IMG/VR virus record: IMGVR_UViG_3300043774_000051
Span: 1 to 32,170 of that record
Strand: one strand, 5' to 3'
DNA length: 32,170 bases
DNA from: a virus
Taxonomy: Duplodnaviria > Caudoviricetes
The notes beneath the pieces are model-generated. The model ran no database searches. It was not told the DNA's origin and saw only the letters and a list, made by a program, of their open reading frames with translations. Both the position numbers and the translations under genes were made by a program. Every line of letters begins with the position of its first letter. The first letter of the stretch is position 1. Shown piece by piece: positions 1-7,857 of the stretch.

Positions 1-126
1 AAGAAAAAGCTATTTATTTGCTCGTGGTTTGTTGCTATTGTTTGCAACTCGGCAATCAACTGATTTAAAGTGACCTTCATATTTCTTTACAAATTGTTTT
101 AATTTCTCTACGTTACTTTTGTTTTT
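1..126. repeat. Terminal direct repeat, left copy (circular assembly overlap)
   Basis: Bases 1-126 are identical to 32040-32165; joining the ends puts the adaptor gene directly upstream of the 31685..32119 gene. Confidence 0.95.
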
Positions 127-144
127 GCTTCCTTCTTTTCTCAT
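10..144 (-). CDS. Small basic hypothetical protein (44 aa, MRKEGSKNKSNVEKLKQFVKKYEGHF...)
   Basis: Translated by hand. ATGA overlap with the stop of 141..731. The 3' half overlaps the next gene (ATG at 80/32119) out of frame. Confidence 0.45.
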   Translation of the reverse strand: MRKEGSKNKSNVEKLKQFVKKYEGHFKSVDCRVANNSNKPRANK

Positions 145-731
145 AACATCCACCTTCTTGGGTTATTGCCTTGATACTTTATTCTTGCAGGTATATCGTC
201 ACAATCAATATCACCACCCAAATACATACCATTTGAATAGTTTTTAGCGGTTGGATAAATTGTCGAGATGTCTGCATTGCCTTGATTTAAATAAGCAGGA
301 TATTTCATGTTATTAGCCATCAAAAACAATGTCACTCGCTCTGCATAATATTGCGCTCTATTGATAGCCTTATCCATTAAGTAACGAATATCGTTTAAAC
401 TTGCTTGCTGACTGAACTCTGAGGATTTAGTTGCTACGTTCTTATTCTGAAACTTGAAACTTAAATCTAACATAGACTCGTAGACGCAATATTTTATCAT
501 CGTTGGCTGAACGTATGACTGCAATAAAATGGTGTTATCTGCGCTTACGCTATTGCCACTTACTTGCGTAACTAATTCGTTGTATAAAGCAGTTCCCAAT
601 AATGGCAGGATATAAATGTTCTGAACCTCTTTGATTGTAGGTATCAAAAGTTTTGGGTCTACATTCTCACTAATAACACTCTCTTGCTTTAGTGCCGCTT
701 CCCCTATAAATAGTACTGTTGTGTTTAACAT
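141..731 (-). CDS. Putative head-tail adaptor / virion structural protein
   Basis: Directly downstream of the portal; helical 196 aa protein with an I..LLGT.LY motif seen in adaptor-like proteins of Bacteroidota phages. Confidence 0.6.
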   Translation of the reverse strand: MLNTTVLFIGEAALKQESVISENVDPKLLIPTIKEVQNIYILPLLGTALYNELVTQVSGNSVSADNTILLQSYVQPTMIKYCVYESMLDLSFKFQNKNVATKSSEFSQQASLNDIRYLMDKAINRAQYYAERVTLFLMANNMKYPAYLNQGNADISTIYPTAKNYSNGMYLGGDIDCDDIPARIKYQGNNPRRWML

Positions 732-732
732 C

Positions 733-2526
733 TTATTTCTTTTTAACTAATACGCTCGACCACTGATGGCGGCAAAATGGTAAATGAATATCTGTGCCTT
801 TGATTGTCTGCCATCCGCCTCTTTTTGTCCAAACATTTCTGTCAACTATTCCACTAATCTTGTCAATTTCTGCACGTGTATAAACCTTGTTTAAGTTTAA
901 TAACGCTCTGCAAAAATCTCGGTTCTTGTTATCTCTCGGACCAGTATATTTATACTTCACATTGAACTTTGATAACTCATCTGTCACCCTATCTAAAACG
1001 CTGCTTCTAGGTGGAACTGTCAATATGTTCCATGCACCCTCAGTAATTCCAAGTAATTTCTCACGCTTTAGTTTGTCTAACATATTGCCGACTGCGCCCC
1101 TAGTCATATCCATTATTTTGGCTATGTCTGTCTGAGAAATTAGCGGATTCTTTTTAACTATATCTAACAACTTTTTTTCTGCAGTTGTTGGCTCGTAAAT
1201 AGTAGCGAATAATTCCTTTTCGTTAAACTCTAAATGACTTTCAAACTCGTAATGGTCATCGCTAAAAGTTATCTTCCTAGATTCTATCTCATCGTATAAA
1301 TCCGCACTCTCGCCAAACTCTGAGAACACTCTTATTTCACGTTCCCAATCTTGGCTATTCATTTGCATTGGCTCGGCTTCTACTATTTCAGGTTCAGGTG
1401 GTAATCCTGCCATTTCTCTCATTTCTGGTCTAGTAGCTATCTGAATTAATGTCTGTTCAGTAAACGCAGGCTTGAACATTTCTAAAGGTTGAACTTCGAT
1501 TGTTGCGGTGCTGCCTGACTTATTAGCTAAGTAGTTGAATAGTTGCTCGAAATGCTGCTGAATTGGTCTAATGTAGTTTTGTTCAAATAACTTAAATGAA
1601 TCTATCATTTCTGCCCTGCCACCAAGTTGACCTTCCACTCTTATCCCGAAGAACATTGGTGAAGTTATCTTATGTGCAACAAATATTTCTTGCTGAACCT
1701 GCTCATTTAATAGGTTAAACTGCTTGTCTAATTCATTCGGTTGGATAGGGATAACAGTAGGTGCGTTGTCTACTCTATCACTAAAGTTTATAATCCATCT
1801 TCCTGCGTTATCTGTGCCTTTGTGGCGTCTGTTTAACCTGCGAACTAAGTCTTGTTTCTCATCCTCAGTTGGCTCGCCATTGTTAAAAGACAAAATACCA
1901 CCAAAAAAGAACTCATTGTGCAAGTTGCTTCTATGATAGTTGGCTATTTCTACGTCACACTCCACATAAGGAATCGCACCAATGTATTCAGGTAGCGGAT
2001 AAGTAGCAGTAGCAGGTCTGTAATCTCTGTAATAATAAATTTGTGCGCCTTGCTTCTTTTCAGGGTTAAATACTTTGTATGATTTCTGCTTACTTTTTGG
2101 GTCAGCCCAATCGTTTGAAAAATAAAACTCGGTGTTGTCTACATTTGAACGAATCTTTGAAAAGTCCATGTGATAAATCTCGGCTATTGATTCGCCAACT
2201 CTATCCCAAATAACTTGCAAAGCATAACCTCCATACAATAACTTGTCTAAAATGCACTTATTGAAAATCTCATCCAAAGAATCAAATCTATTAGCATTGG
2301 CAAATAAATCCCATACGCCTTCCATCTTCAAACCTGCTCCGTAAACGTAAGTTTGTTTACCTGTTAAAATAGCGTTATGTTTTGCTGACCTGTTAAATAA
2401 GTCTACAAGGTATAAAGGATAAAGATTATCCGAACCGAAGTTCACGTACTTTTTATTCTTTTCCTGATAAAACTCTGGCGTCTTGTACTTGTCTATGTCT
2501 TCGCCTGCAAACTGAACTCTACTCAT
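733..2526 (-). CDS. Portal protein with C-terminal winged-HTH and MuF-like (Cys/His) extension
   Basis: Portal-type motifs (FG.DNLYP.YL, S..HNAI, G..NAG, I..AH.ITSP.FFG), then an HTH-like segment and RDFC...CRHQW. Confidence 0.85.
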   Translation of the reverse strand: MSRVQFAGEDIDKYKTPEFYQEKNKKYVNFGSDNLYPLYLVDLFNRSAKHNAILTGKQTYVYGAGLKMEGVWDLFANANRFDSLDEIFNKCILDKLLYGGYALQVIWDRVGESIAEIYHMDFSKIRSNVDNTEFYFSNDWADPKSKQKSYKVFNPEKKQGAQIYYYRDYRPATATYPLPEYIGAIPYVECDVEIANYHRSNLHNEFFFGGILSFNNGEPTEDEKQDLVRRLNRRHKGTDNAGRWIINFSDRVDNAPTVIPIQPNELDKQFNLLNEQVQQEIFVAHKITSPMFFGIRVEGQLGGRAEMIDSFKLFEQNYIRPIQQHFEQLFNYLANKSGSTATIEVQPLEMFKPAFTEQTLIQIATRPEMREMAGLPPEPEIVEAEPMQMNSQDWEREIRVFSEFGESADLYDEIESRKITFSDDHYEFESHLEFNEKELFATIYEPTTAEKKLLDIVKKNPLISQTDIAKIMDMTRGAVGNMLDKLKREKLLGITEGAWNILTVPPRSSVLDRVTDELSKFNVKYKYTGPRDNKNRDFCRALLNLNKVYTRAEIDKISGIVDRNVWTKRGGWQTIKGTDIHLPFCRHQWSSVLVKKK

Positions 2527-2905
2527 AAATCTTGATTTGTGTTGTTGGTAATTCGTAAATCGTTAAATCTTGCTCAGAATAACCATACTGAACGTTTCCG
2601 ACTTCTAATATTATAGCACCCTCAGGCGGTGTTAAACTTGGTGTTGATAGTTGGTAAACTTGGTAAGAATATAAGCCCTCAATAGGTAGGTTAAATTCGC
2701 CTGCGTTATTGTTAGGGTTGGTCTTAATAGTCCAAGTAAATTTATTGTAACGCTCCTTGTATTGTGATACATCTGAGGCAATAAAATAAACAGTTGCATT
2801 TGTCTGAATAGAACTAAGGGCAAATAAAAAGATAGGGTTACTTATTGTCACCTTTTCTGTAAGTGTTAAGATTACGTTGTTTGCCCCTTGATTTAGTATC
2901 ACCAT
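2519..2905 (-). CDS. Hypothetical virion protein (beta-rich; possible head closure)
   Basis: 128 aa ORF between the tail tube and portal genes, overlapping the portal start, preceded by the late motif. Confidence 0.55.
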   Translation of the reverse strand: MVILNQGANNVILTLTEKVTISNPIFLFALSSIQTNATVYFIASDVSQYKERYNKFTWTIKTNPNNNAGEFNLPIEGLYSYQVYQLSTPSLTPPEGAIILEVGNVQYGYSEQDLTIYELPTTQIKIYE

Positions 2906-2910
2906 AATTA

Positions 2911-2918
2911 TAAATATA
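2911..2918 (-). promoter_or_regulatory. Putative late promoter motif TATATTTA-N5-ATG
   Basis: Ends exactly 5 nt before the ATG at 2905; same spacing at five other late genes. Confidence 0.65.
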
Positions 2919-2936
2919 CTTTAGCCTAAATATAAT

Positions 2937-2964
2937 AAAAAAGGCTACCATATAGGCAGCCTTT
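2937..2964 (-). terminator. Intrinsic terminator after the tail tube gene
   Basis: Minus strand AAAGGCTGCC-TATAT-GGTAGCCTTT hairpin running into a T tract. Confidence 0.8.
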
Positions 2965-2986
2965 CTTATACAACTAACATCGAAAA

Positions 2987-3499
2987 CTAACTAACTATCG
3001 TGAATGAAGTGATAGCTGAAACTTGGTCCATTGGATTTTTCTCCATACCTGTTAAAGCTAATTGATAACCTTGAAATTCGCCCATAGCTGCACCACTCAT
3101 CGCAGTACCGCCTGAACACTCTAACCCATAAGTTTCGCCCAACATAAAGAAAGTGCCATCGTGTGTTTCCACGATTACTACGTTTCTTCTTTTAGCTATT
3201 GTAGCTAATTTGTTGCGGGTTGCTTGGGTTAATTTAGTAAATTCTAAACTCAATAATTGGGTGTAGAATAATGTACCTACTTCTGCATTTGAATTAATAG
3301 TCTCGGTAAAGTTATTTTTACCTTGTGGTAATAATTCATAAGCATAGAAAGAGATACCGCTTACACTTGTAATAACTCCCGAAGCGTTTGTTCCTAATGT
3401 CATAGCACTAGGTTCAGCGTTTCCAAAGTATACTTTCTTTATACCACCGATTGCATCTTTACAATCTAATGTATATCCTGATGTGATTGCACAACTCAT
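2987..3499 (-). CDS. Major tail (tube) protein
   Basis: 170 aa, directly after the capsid gene; MSC.IT.G....CKD.IGGIKK start and G...G...GY.L.LTG.E end typical of tube proteins in this phage group. Confidence 0.7.
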   Translation of the reverse strand: MSCAITSGYTLDCKDAIGGIKKVYFGNAEPSAMTLGTNASGVITSVSGISFYAYELLPQGKNNFTETINSNAEVGTLFYTQLLSLEFTKLTQATRNKLATIAKRRNVVIVETHDGTFFMLGETYGLECSGGTAMSGAAMGEFQGYQLALTGMEKNPMDQVSAITSFTIVS

Positions 3500-3517
3500 T
3501 TTTTATCTCCTTTTTGT

Positions 3518-3550
3518 TAAAAAATATAAGGGGGCTATTACACCCCCTAT
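3518..3550 (-). terminator. Hairpin / partial terminator after the major capsid gene
   Basis: GGGGGT-GTAATA-GCCCCC stem followed by TTATATTTTTT on the minus strand. Confidence 0.65.
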
Positions 3551-3553
3551 GAA

Positions 3554-4504
3554 CTAAGCCAATGTGAACTTAACGATTTCTTCAGGGAATGCAATCTGCA
3601 CACCTGCTTTGAACGCTACGTTGTAACGAACCTCCATTGCTTCTTTAGCGTAGAAGATTTCGAAGTTATCTTCTTCTCCTAACAAGTCAGTTCCGAAGAA
3701 AATGTTTGACAACTGAGCAGCGTAGATTCTGTTTGTGTTATTCAAACCATTTAAAGCTACTACTGTTAAGTTAGTGCCAGGAATAACGATTTCAAAATTA
3801 CTTGAACTAGAATCGGTATTGTAATGGAATAAATTCGCATTAGTTAAAGCCATTTGGTAAGTTCTGAATGTGTTCATTCCTACCATGATTTTAACATCTG
3901 CTTTACCTAACAACTCAACAGGTAATGCTCTGTAAACACCTTGCATGATTGCAATTACGTTGTTTACAGTGATACCACCTGAAACGCTGTAAGGTGCGCC
4001 TGTCATGAATCCACTTACGTTTGCTTCGATAACTCCAGATGCTGCATCAATGATTTTAATTAAACCATCAAAACGAGCCAATGCTTGGTTACCACTTGCG
4101 GTGTTACCTTGCCATACACCTGTCTCTAATTGCTCAGCGATTAAGCCTGTTTTGTACTCACCATACTTTTGCTCGAAAGGAATAGAATCATCCTTTGAAC
4201 CTCTAGGCAAAGTTAACTGAAGATATTTTGTGTTTAAGTCTTTAGGGCATAATGCCTCTTGAACTTTGATTGCAGCAACAGTAAGAGTACGACCTGAGAA
4301 GGTAGTAGTTCCACTAGCTGACCATCCGCAAGAATCTGCTTGGAATACTGCATCAGTATCCATTGTGTTTACTTGCTGAGTAGATTTAACTCCAATTTGT
4401 GGAGTAAATAAGCTAATTGACTTAGCACCGAAAAGGGCTTTAGTTAATAGCTGGGTTTCGTTTGCTTTAGTATATGCTGCTAAAGCGGTTACATTAAATG
4501 CCAT
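3554..4504 (-). CDS. Major capsid protein
   Basis: 316 aa, follows the scaffold gene and precedes a hairpin; LCPKDL, E...WQG and FDGLIK motifs. Confidence 0.85.
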   Translation of the reverse strand: MAFNVTALAAYTKANETQLLTKALFGAKSISLFTPQIGVKSTQQVNTMDTDAVFQADSCGWSASGTTTFSGRTLTVAAIKVQEALCPKDLNTKYLQLTLPRGSKDDSIPFEQKYGEYKTGLIAEQLETGVWQGNTASGNQALARFDGLIKIIDAASGVIEANVSGFMTGAPYSVSGGITVNNVIAIMQGVYRALPVELLGKADVKIMVGMNTFRTYQMALTNANLFHYNTDSSSSNFEIVIPGTNLTVVALNGLNNTNRIYAAQLSNIFFGTDLLGEEDNFEIFYAKEAMEVRYNVAFKAGVQIAFPEEIVKFTLA

Positions 4505-4510
4505 AATTTT

Positions 4511-5134
4511 TTATTTTGTTTTTAAATTTTTAAGTGCTTCTGCAAAATCGTTTAACTTCTCGTCTTGTTGTTCTTTTGATACTTTCATAGAACTGAATAG
4601 TCCACTTTTCTCGGCAGGTTCTTCGCTTGGGGACTTAGCTATTTTGTCTACTAAATCAACTAATTGAACAAATGCTTCTTTGTGGTTGTTGATTGCGCTC
4701 ATGGCTTCCTCAACCTTTTCTTCCATTTTAGTTTCGCCCATCTTCTTTTCTAACATTTCAATCTTAGTCATACACTCTTTAAGCATACTAACAACTGATT
4801 TCATGTCGTAGTCTTCTGATTCAATTTCGGCTTCAACCTCTGCATCTTCTGCTAATTCAATTTCAATTTCTTCTTCTTCTTCTTTAGCAGGTTCGATGTT
4901 AATAACTTTACCATCGGCAACAGTTACAATCTCGCCACTTTCTAAAGTGTGGTCTCCATCTGGTGCAGGTATTTTACCTTCTTCACTTACCACCATTAAG
5001 TCCGCTCCTAGTAATTCACCATCCCAAGTTACGATTGTAACTCCATCGGCTAACTTAGCCTCTTTAAATTCTTGCTCAGGCTTTTCCATACCTAAAGCAA
5101 TCTTGATTCTTTTAATAGCTTCTTGTGCTTCCAT
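4511..5134 (-). CDS. Capsid scaffolding protein
   Basis: Very acidic 207 aa protein with L.DG...APDG.H.LE.G..V.V.DG.V motif and a coiled coil, immediately upstream of the capsid gene. Confidence 0.7.
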   Translation of the reverse strand: MEAQEAIKRIKIALGMEKPEQEFKEAKLADGVTIVTWDGELLGADLMVVSEEGKIPAPDGDHTLESGEIVTVADGKVINIEPAKEEEEEIEIELAEDAEVEAEIESEDYDMKSVVSMLKECMTKIEMLEKKMGETKMEEKVEEAMSAINNHKEAFVQLVDLVDKIAKSPSEEPAEKSGLFSSMKVSKEQQDEKLNDFAEALKNLKTK

Positions 5135-5139
5135 AAATG

Positions 5140-5147
5140 TAAATATT
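5140..5147 (-). promoter_or_regulatory. Putative late promoter motif AATATTTA-N5-ATG
   Basis: Ends 5 nt before the ATG at 5134. Confidence 0.65.
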
Positions 5148-5168
5148 TGTTTTTTTTATTGTTTTAAT

Positions 5169-6053
5169 TTATCGTACTTTTTCTAGTATTGCTAGTATCT
5201 CATCTAGCTGCTTATTAGCGTGGCTAATCTTCTTTTCAATAAACTCTCCTTCAACTGAAAAGCCGTTAAATACACCTGTCTTGATATAATCATCCCACAC
5301 TTTGTCATTGTCTACTTTGCAGGATATAAACCAACTGCCTTCACTTAGTTCCTCAAATCCCATTGGCGTTTTAATTCCACGCTCAGAGTCTATAATCATG
5401 GATTCGATTAAGTACACACCATCCGCTAAAAGGTTCTTGCGGTGCATGATATTGAAGTTATTAGAATATTGATTTCTAAAAAACTTCTCTACCACGCTTT
5501 TAATAGTTTCCGCTTTGAACATTACATAATATTCTGAACCATCTTTGCGCCTTCTGTAAATCGGTAGGTTTGCAACCATCGCAGGTCCGCTTATGATTCT
5601 CTTTTCTTTGTCTGCCGTGAACTTAAACTCAGTCTTTTTATCTATTTGGCTTAACTTTCTTTGCGCCCACTCAACTCCTTCATCTCCGCCCCAAGCTAAC
5701 CACATCAACCTGCCGCATCCATCACCTAATTCCTTTTGCGAGTTTTGTCTGTGGCGTTCAAATGCTGCCATTCGTGCAATGGTTTCTCTCGTGATTGCTT
5801 CTCCATTAGCTAACTGATTGGCTCTTGCTTTACCTACTGCTGTCCCACAATCGCCCCATCCGTTTTCCTCTGCATATCTCAAAGCTATTTTAGCGTTTTC
5901 TTTGGCTGCCTCTGGATAGTCTGAGTAGCTATCTTGAAAGTTTTGGAACGCTTGCCAATTCTTTTTTATCGCAGGGTCATCTACTAGCGCAATAAAGTCA
6001 ACTCCTGATTCATCCTCTAGGTCAATAAATAGTTCGTATAATGGTAACTCCAT
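5169..6053 (-). CDS. XkdF-like putative prohead protease with an inserted helical domain
   Basis: IALVD.PAI N-terminus, EKRII.GPAM, N.NIMH, G.W and G.F.GFSVEG motifs; upstream of the scaffold and capsid genes. Confidence 0.75.
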   Translation of the reverse strand: MELPLYELFIDLEDESGVDFIALVDDPAIKKNWQAFQNFQDSYSDYPEAAKENAKIALRYAEENGWGDCGTAVGKARANQLANGEAITRETIARMAAFERHRQNSQKELGDGCGRLMWLAWGGDEGVEWAQRKLSQIDKKTEFKFTADKEKRIISGPAMVANLPIYRRRKDGSEYYVMFKAETIKSVVEKFFRNQYSNNFNIMHRKNLLADGVYLIESMIIDSERGIKTPMGFEELSEGSWFISCKVDNDKVWDDYIKTGVFNGFSVEGEFIEKKISHANKQLDEILAILEKVR

Positions 6054-6058
6054 GTTTG

Positions 6059-6066
6059 TAAATATT
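6059..6066 (-). promoter_or_regulatory. Putative late promoter motif AATATTTA-N5-ATG
   Basis: Ends 5 nt before the ATG at 6053. Confidence 0.65.
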
Positions 6067-6082
6067 ATTTTGATTGTTTATT

Positions 6083-7765
6083 TTAACCTATCGTAGCCTT
6101 TGCTTGGATGCTGCTTACTCTATTTTGCGAAGTAGTTATATCGGATTCAGTAACGAATACTCGAACCATGCCGCCCTCGTTTGTGGTTCTTAATGGGTCT
6201 TCGTTGCCTAACATTGTGAATCCACTTGAAGGTCTAGTAGTAGGTAGGTTCATTGATGGCATACTACCACCACCGCCACCGCCTGCACCGCCTGAGTTTG
6301 GAACTTTTACTGCTAAAATATTTCTAACTGCTGCGAATCCTTGTAAACCTATTGCTATTGAAGATGCTATTGCCAATGGTGTATTTGCTGCGTTTGCTGC
6401 CAATGTTTTTGCAATAGCTGTGTAAGTTGCGATTGTCGCACTTGCTACTGCCAATGCTTTTCCTGCTGCTGTGTCCTTACCTGCTATTTCTGCTGCTGAA
6501 CCTAAAATTGAACTATAAGCATCTAATAAAGCAACCTTTGCATCCTTTTCTTTTTGTGCAATAGCTACTGATGCTGCTGCTGTTTCTTCATCGGATAATT
6601 GTTTCTTTTTATTTAATTCAATTAATGCTGCAACTCGTTCTTCTTCTGATAAGGTTTCATCGGCTGCAATACTTCTTAAGTCTGCTATGTGTGCGGCATA
6701 TTGTTCTCTATCTGATTCATTTAATGATGCTGTTCTAGCCCTATCGTTTTCTAATTGCTTGGCTTGTTGCTCATCGTATTCTTTGGCTCGGTCTGCTCTA
6801 TCCTTGCTTTCGGCTTCTTCTCTTTTCTTTTCATCCTCTTTAATTTTTAATCTTTCGGCTGCTCTTTTTTCTTCCTCCGCTTTTATCTTTTCTTCCCTTG
6901 CTGCTTGTGCGTTTTCTATCTTAATTTTTCTCTCATCTAAAGCACCTTCTTCACCTTTTCTTTTTTCGTAGTTTTGTTGTAATTTAGATAAAGCCCCATC
7001 CAACTCATTTGATAGGTTGCCTAAACTTTCAATGCTTGCACCATTTTGAATAGCTAAAATTTGCTTATAAGTTGCTCCGTAACCTTTTGCCTTTTCGACT
7101 AGCATCGAGGTTTCAAATTTAGATATTTGTTTAAGTTGCTCAATTTGCAAACCTTGTAATCTAGTTGCCTCCTTTATTAAATCATTTGCTTCCTTGTCGC
7201 TAATGCTTTTATTCTTAGCTTGTTTTAATAACTTATCAATCTGAACTTCGTAATCTGTTTGCTTTAAGTTTAAGGCATCAATGTTATCTTCATAAGTTCT
7301 TTGCATTTGAGAGGCTCTTTCCATCGCTTCTGCTTGTTCCCCTATTGCCTCAGTTGTAAATCCTGTGCCACTTGCAAAACTAAACATTGCACTTTGAAGC
7401 CCTCTAAACGCTCCACTTAAATAAGCTATTTTATCACCTATGTAATCGGTAATAGGTGCAAAGTCTTTAAATATGGCTACAAGTCCTGCCACCGCAACCG
7501 ATACTGCTGCAAATATTACGCCTAGTGGATTAGCTAATAAAGTAGTGGTTAATGTTCTAACTGTTCCAATTAAAGTTTTAACTCCACCTGCAGCCTGCCC
7601 CATAACGCCGGGCATTTGTGAACTTGCATCGAGCATATTGTCGGTTTCTTGTTTCGCTTTCTTGACCGATTTCTCATACTCTTTAAATTCTTTTGTGCCT
7701 TCTTGCAAGCCTTCCTTAGCACCTGTTATGTCAATGCCAAGTCTTAATAAAATATCTTTTACCAT
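6083..7765 (-). CDS. Tail tape measure protein (short, 560 aa)
   Basis: Ala/Glu/Lys-rich coiled coil, hydrophobic ANPLG segment, Ala-rich C-terminal region and V.V.ESDIT..Q end. Confidence 0.75.
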   Translation of the reverse strand: MVKDILLRLGIDITGAKEGLQEGTKEFKEYEKSVKKAKQETDNMLDASSQMPGVMGQAAGGVKTLIGTVRTLTTTLLANPLGVIFAAVSVAVAGLVAIFKDFAPITDYIGDKIAYLSGAFRGLQSAMFSFASGTGFTTEAIGEQAEAMERASQMQRTYEDNIDALNLKQTDYEVQIDKLLKQAKNKSISDKEANDLIKEATRLQGLQIEQLKQISKFETSMLVEKAKGYGATYKQILAIQNGASIESLGNLSNELDGALSKLQQNYEKRKGEEGALDERKIKIENAQAAREEKIKAEEEKRAAERLKIKEDEKKREEAESKDRADRAKEYDEQQAKQLENDRARTASLNESDREQYAAHIADLRSIAADETLSEEERVAALIELNKKKQLSDEETAAASVAIAQKEKDAKVALLDAYSSILGSAAEIAGKDTAAGKALAVASATIATYTAIAKTLAANAANTPLAIASSIAIGLQGFAAVRNILAVKVPNSGGAGGGGGGSMPSMNLPTTRPSSGFTMLGNEDPLRTTNEGGMVRVFVTESDITTSQNRVSSIQAKATIG

Positions 7766-7857
7766 TATTTAATTTTTTTAATTACGTCTATTAACTTCTT
7801 GTCACCTAGTTGAACTATCTTATAAATCAACTCAAAATTCTTTATGTATTCTAGCAT
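7765..7857 (-). CDS. Micro-ORF, 30 aa (MLEYIKNFELIYKIVQLGDKKLIDVIKKIK)
   Basis: Translated by hand; fills the whole gap, with TAATG stop/start overlaps at both ends. Confidence 0.7.
   Translation of the reverse strand: MLEYIKNFELIYKIVQLGDKKLIDVIKKIK

Noticed and set aside
2632-2823. Nested minus-strand 63 aa ORF
   Set aside because: It lies wholly inside 2519..2905 in another frame, has a weak start and shows no motif.
6260-6300. GC-rich CCACCACCGCC stretch
   Set aside because: It simply encodes the poly-Gly linker of the tape measure protein.
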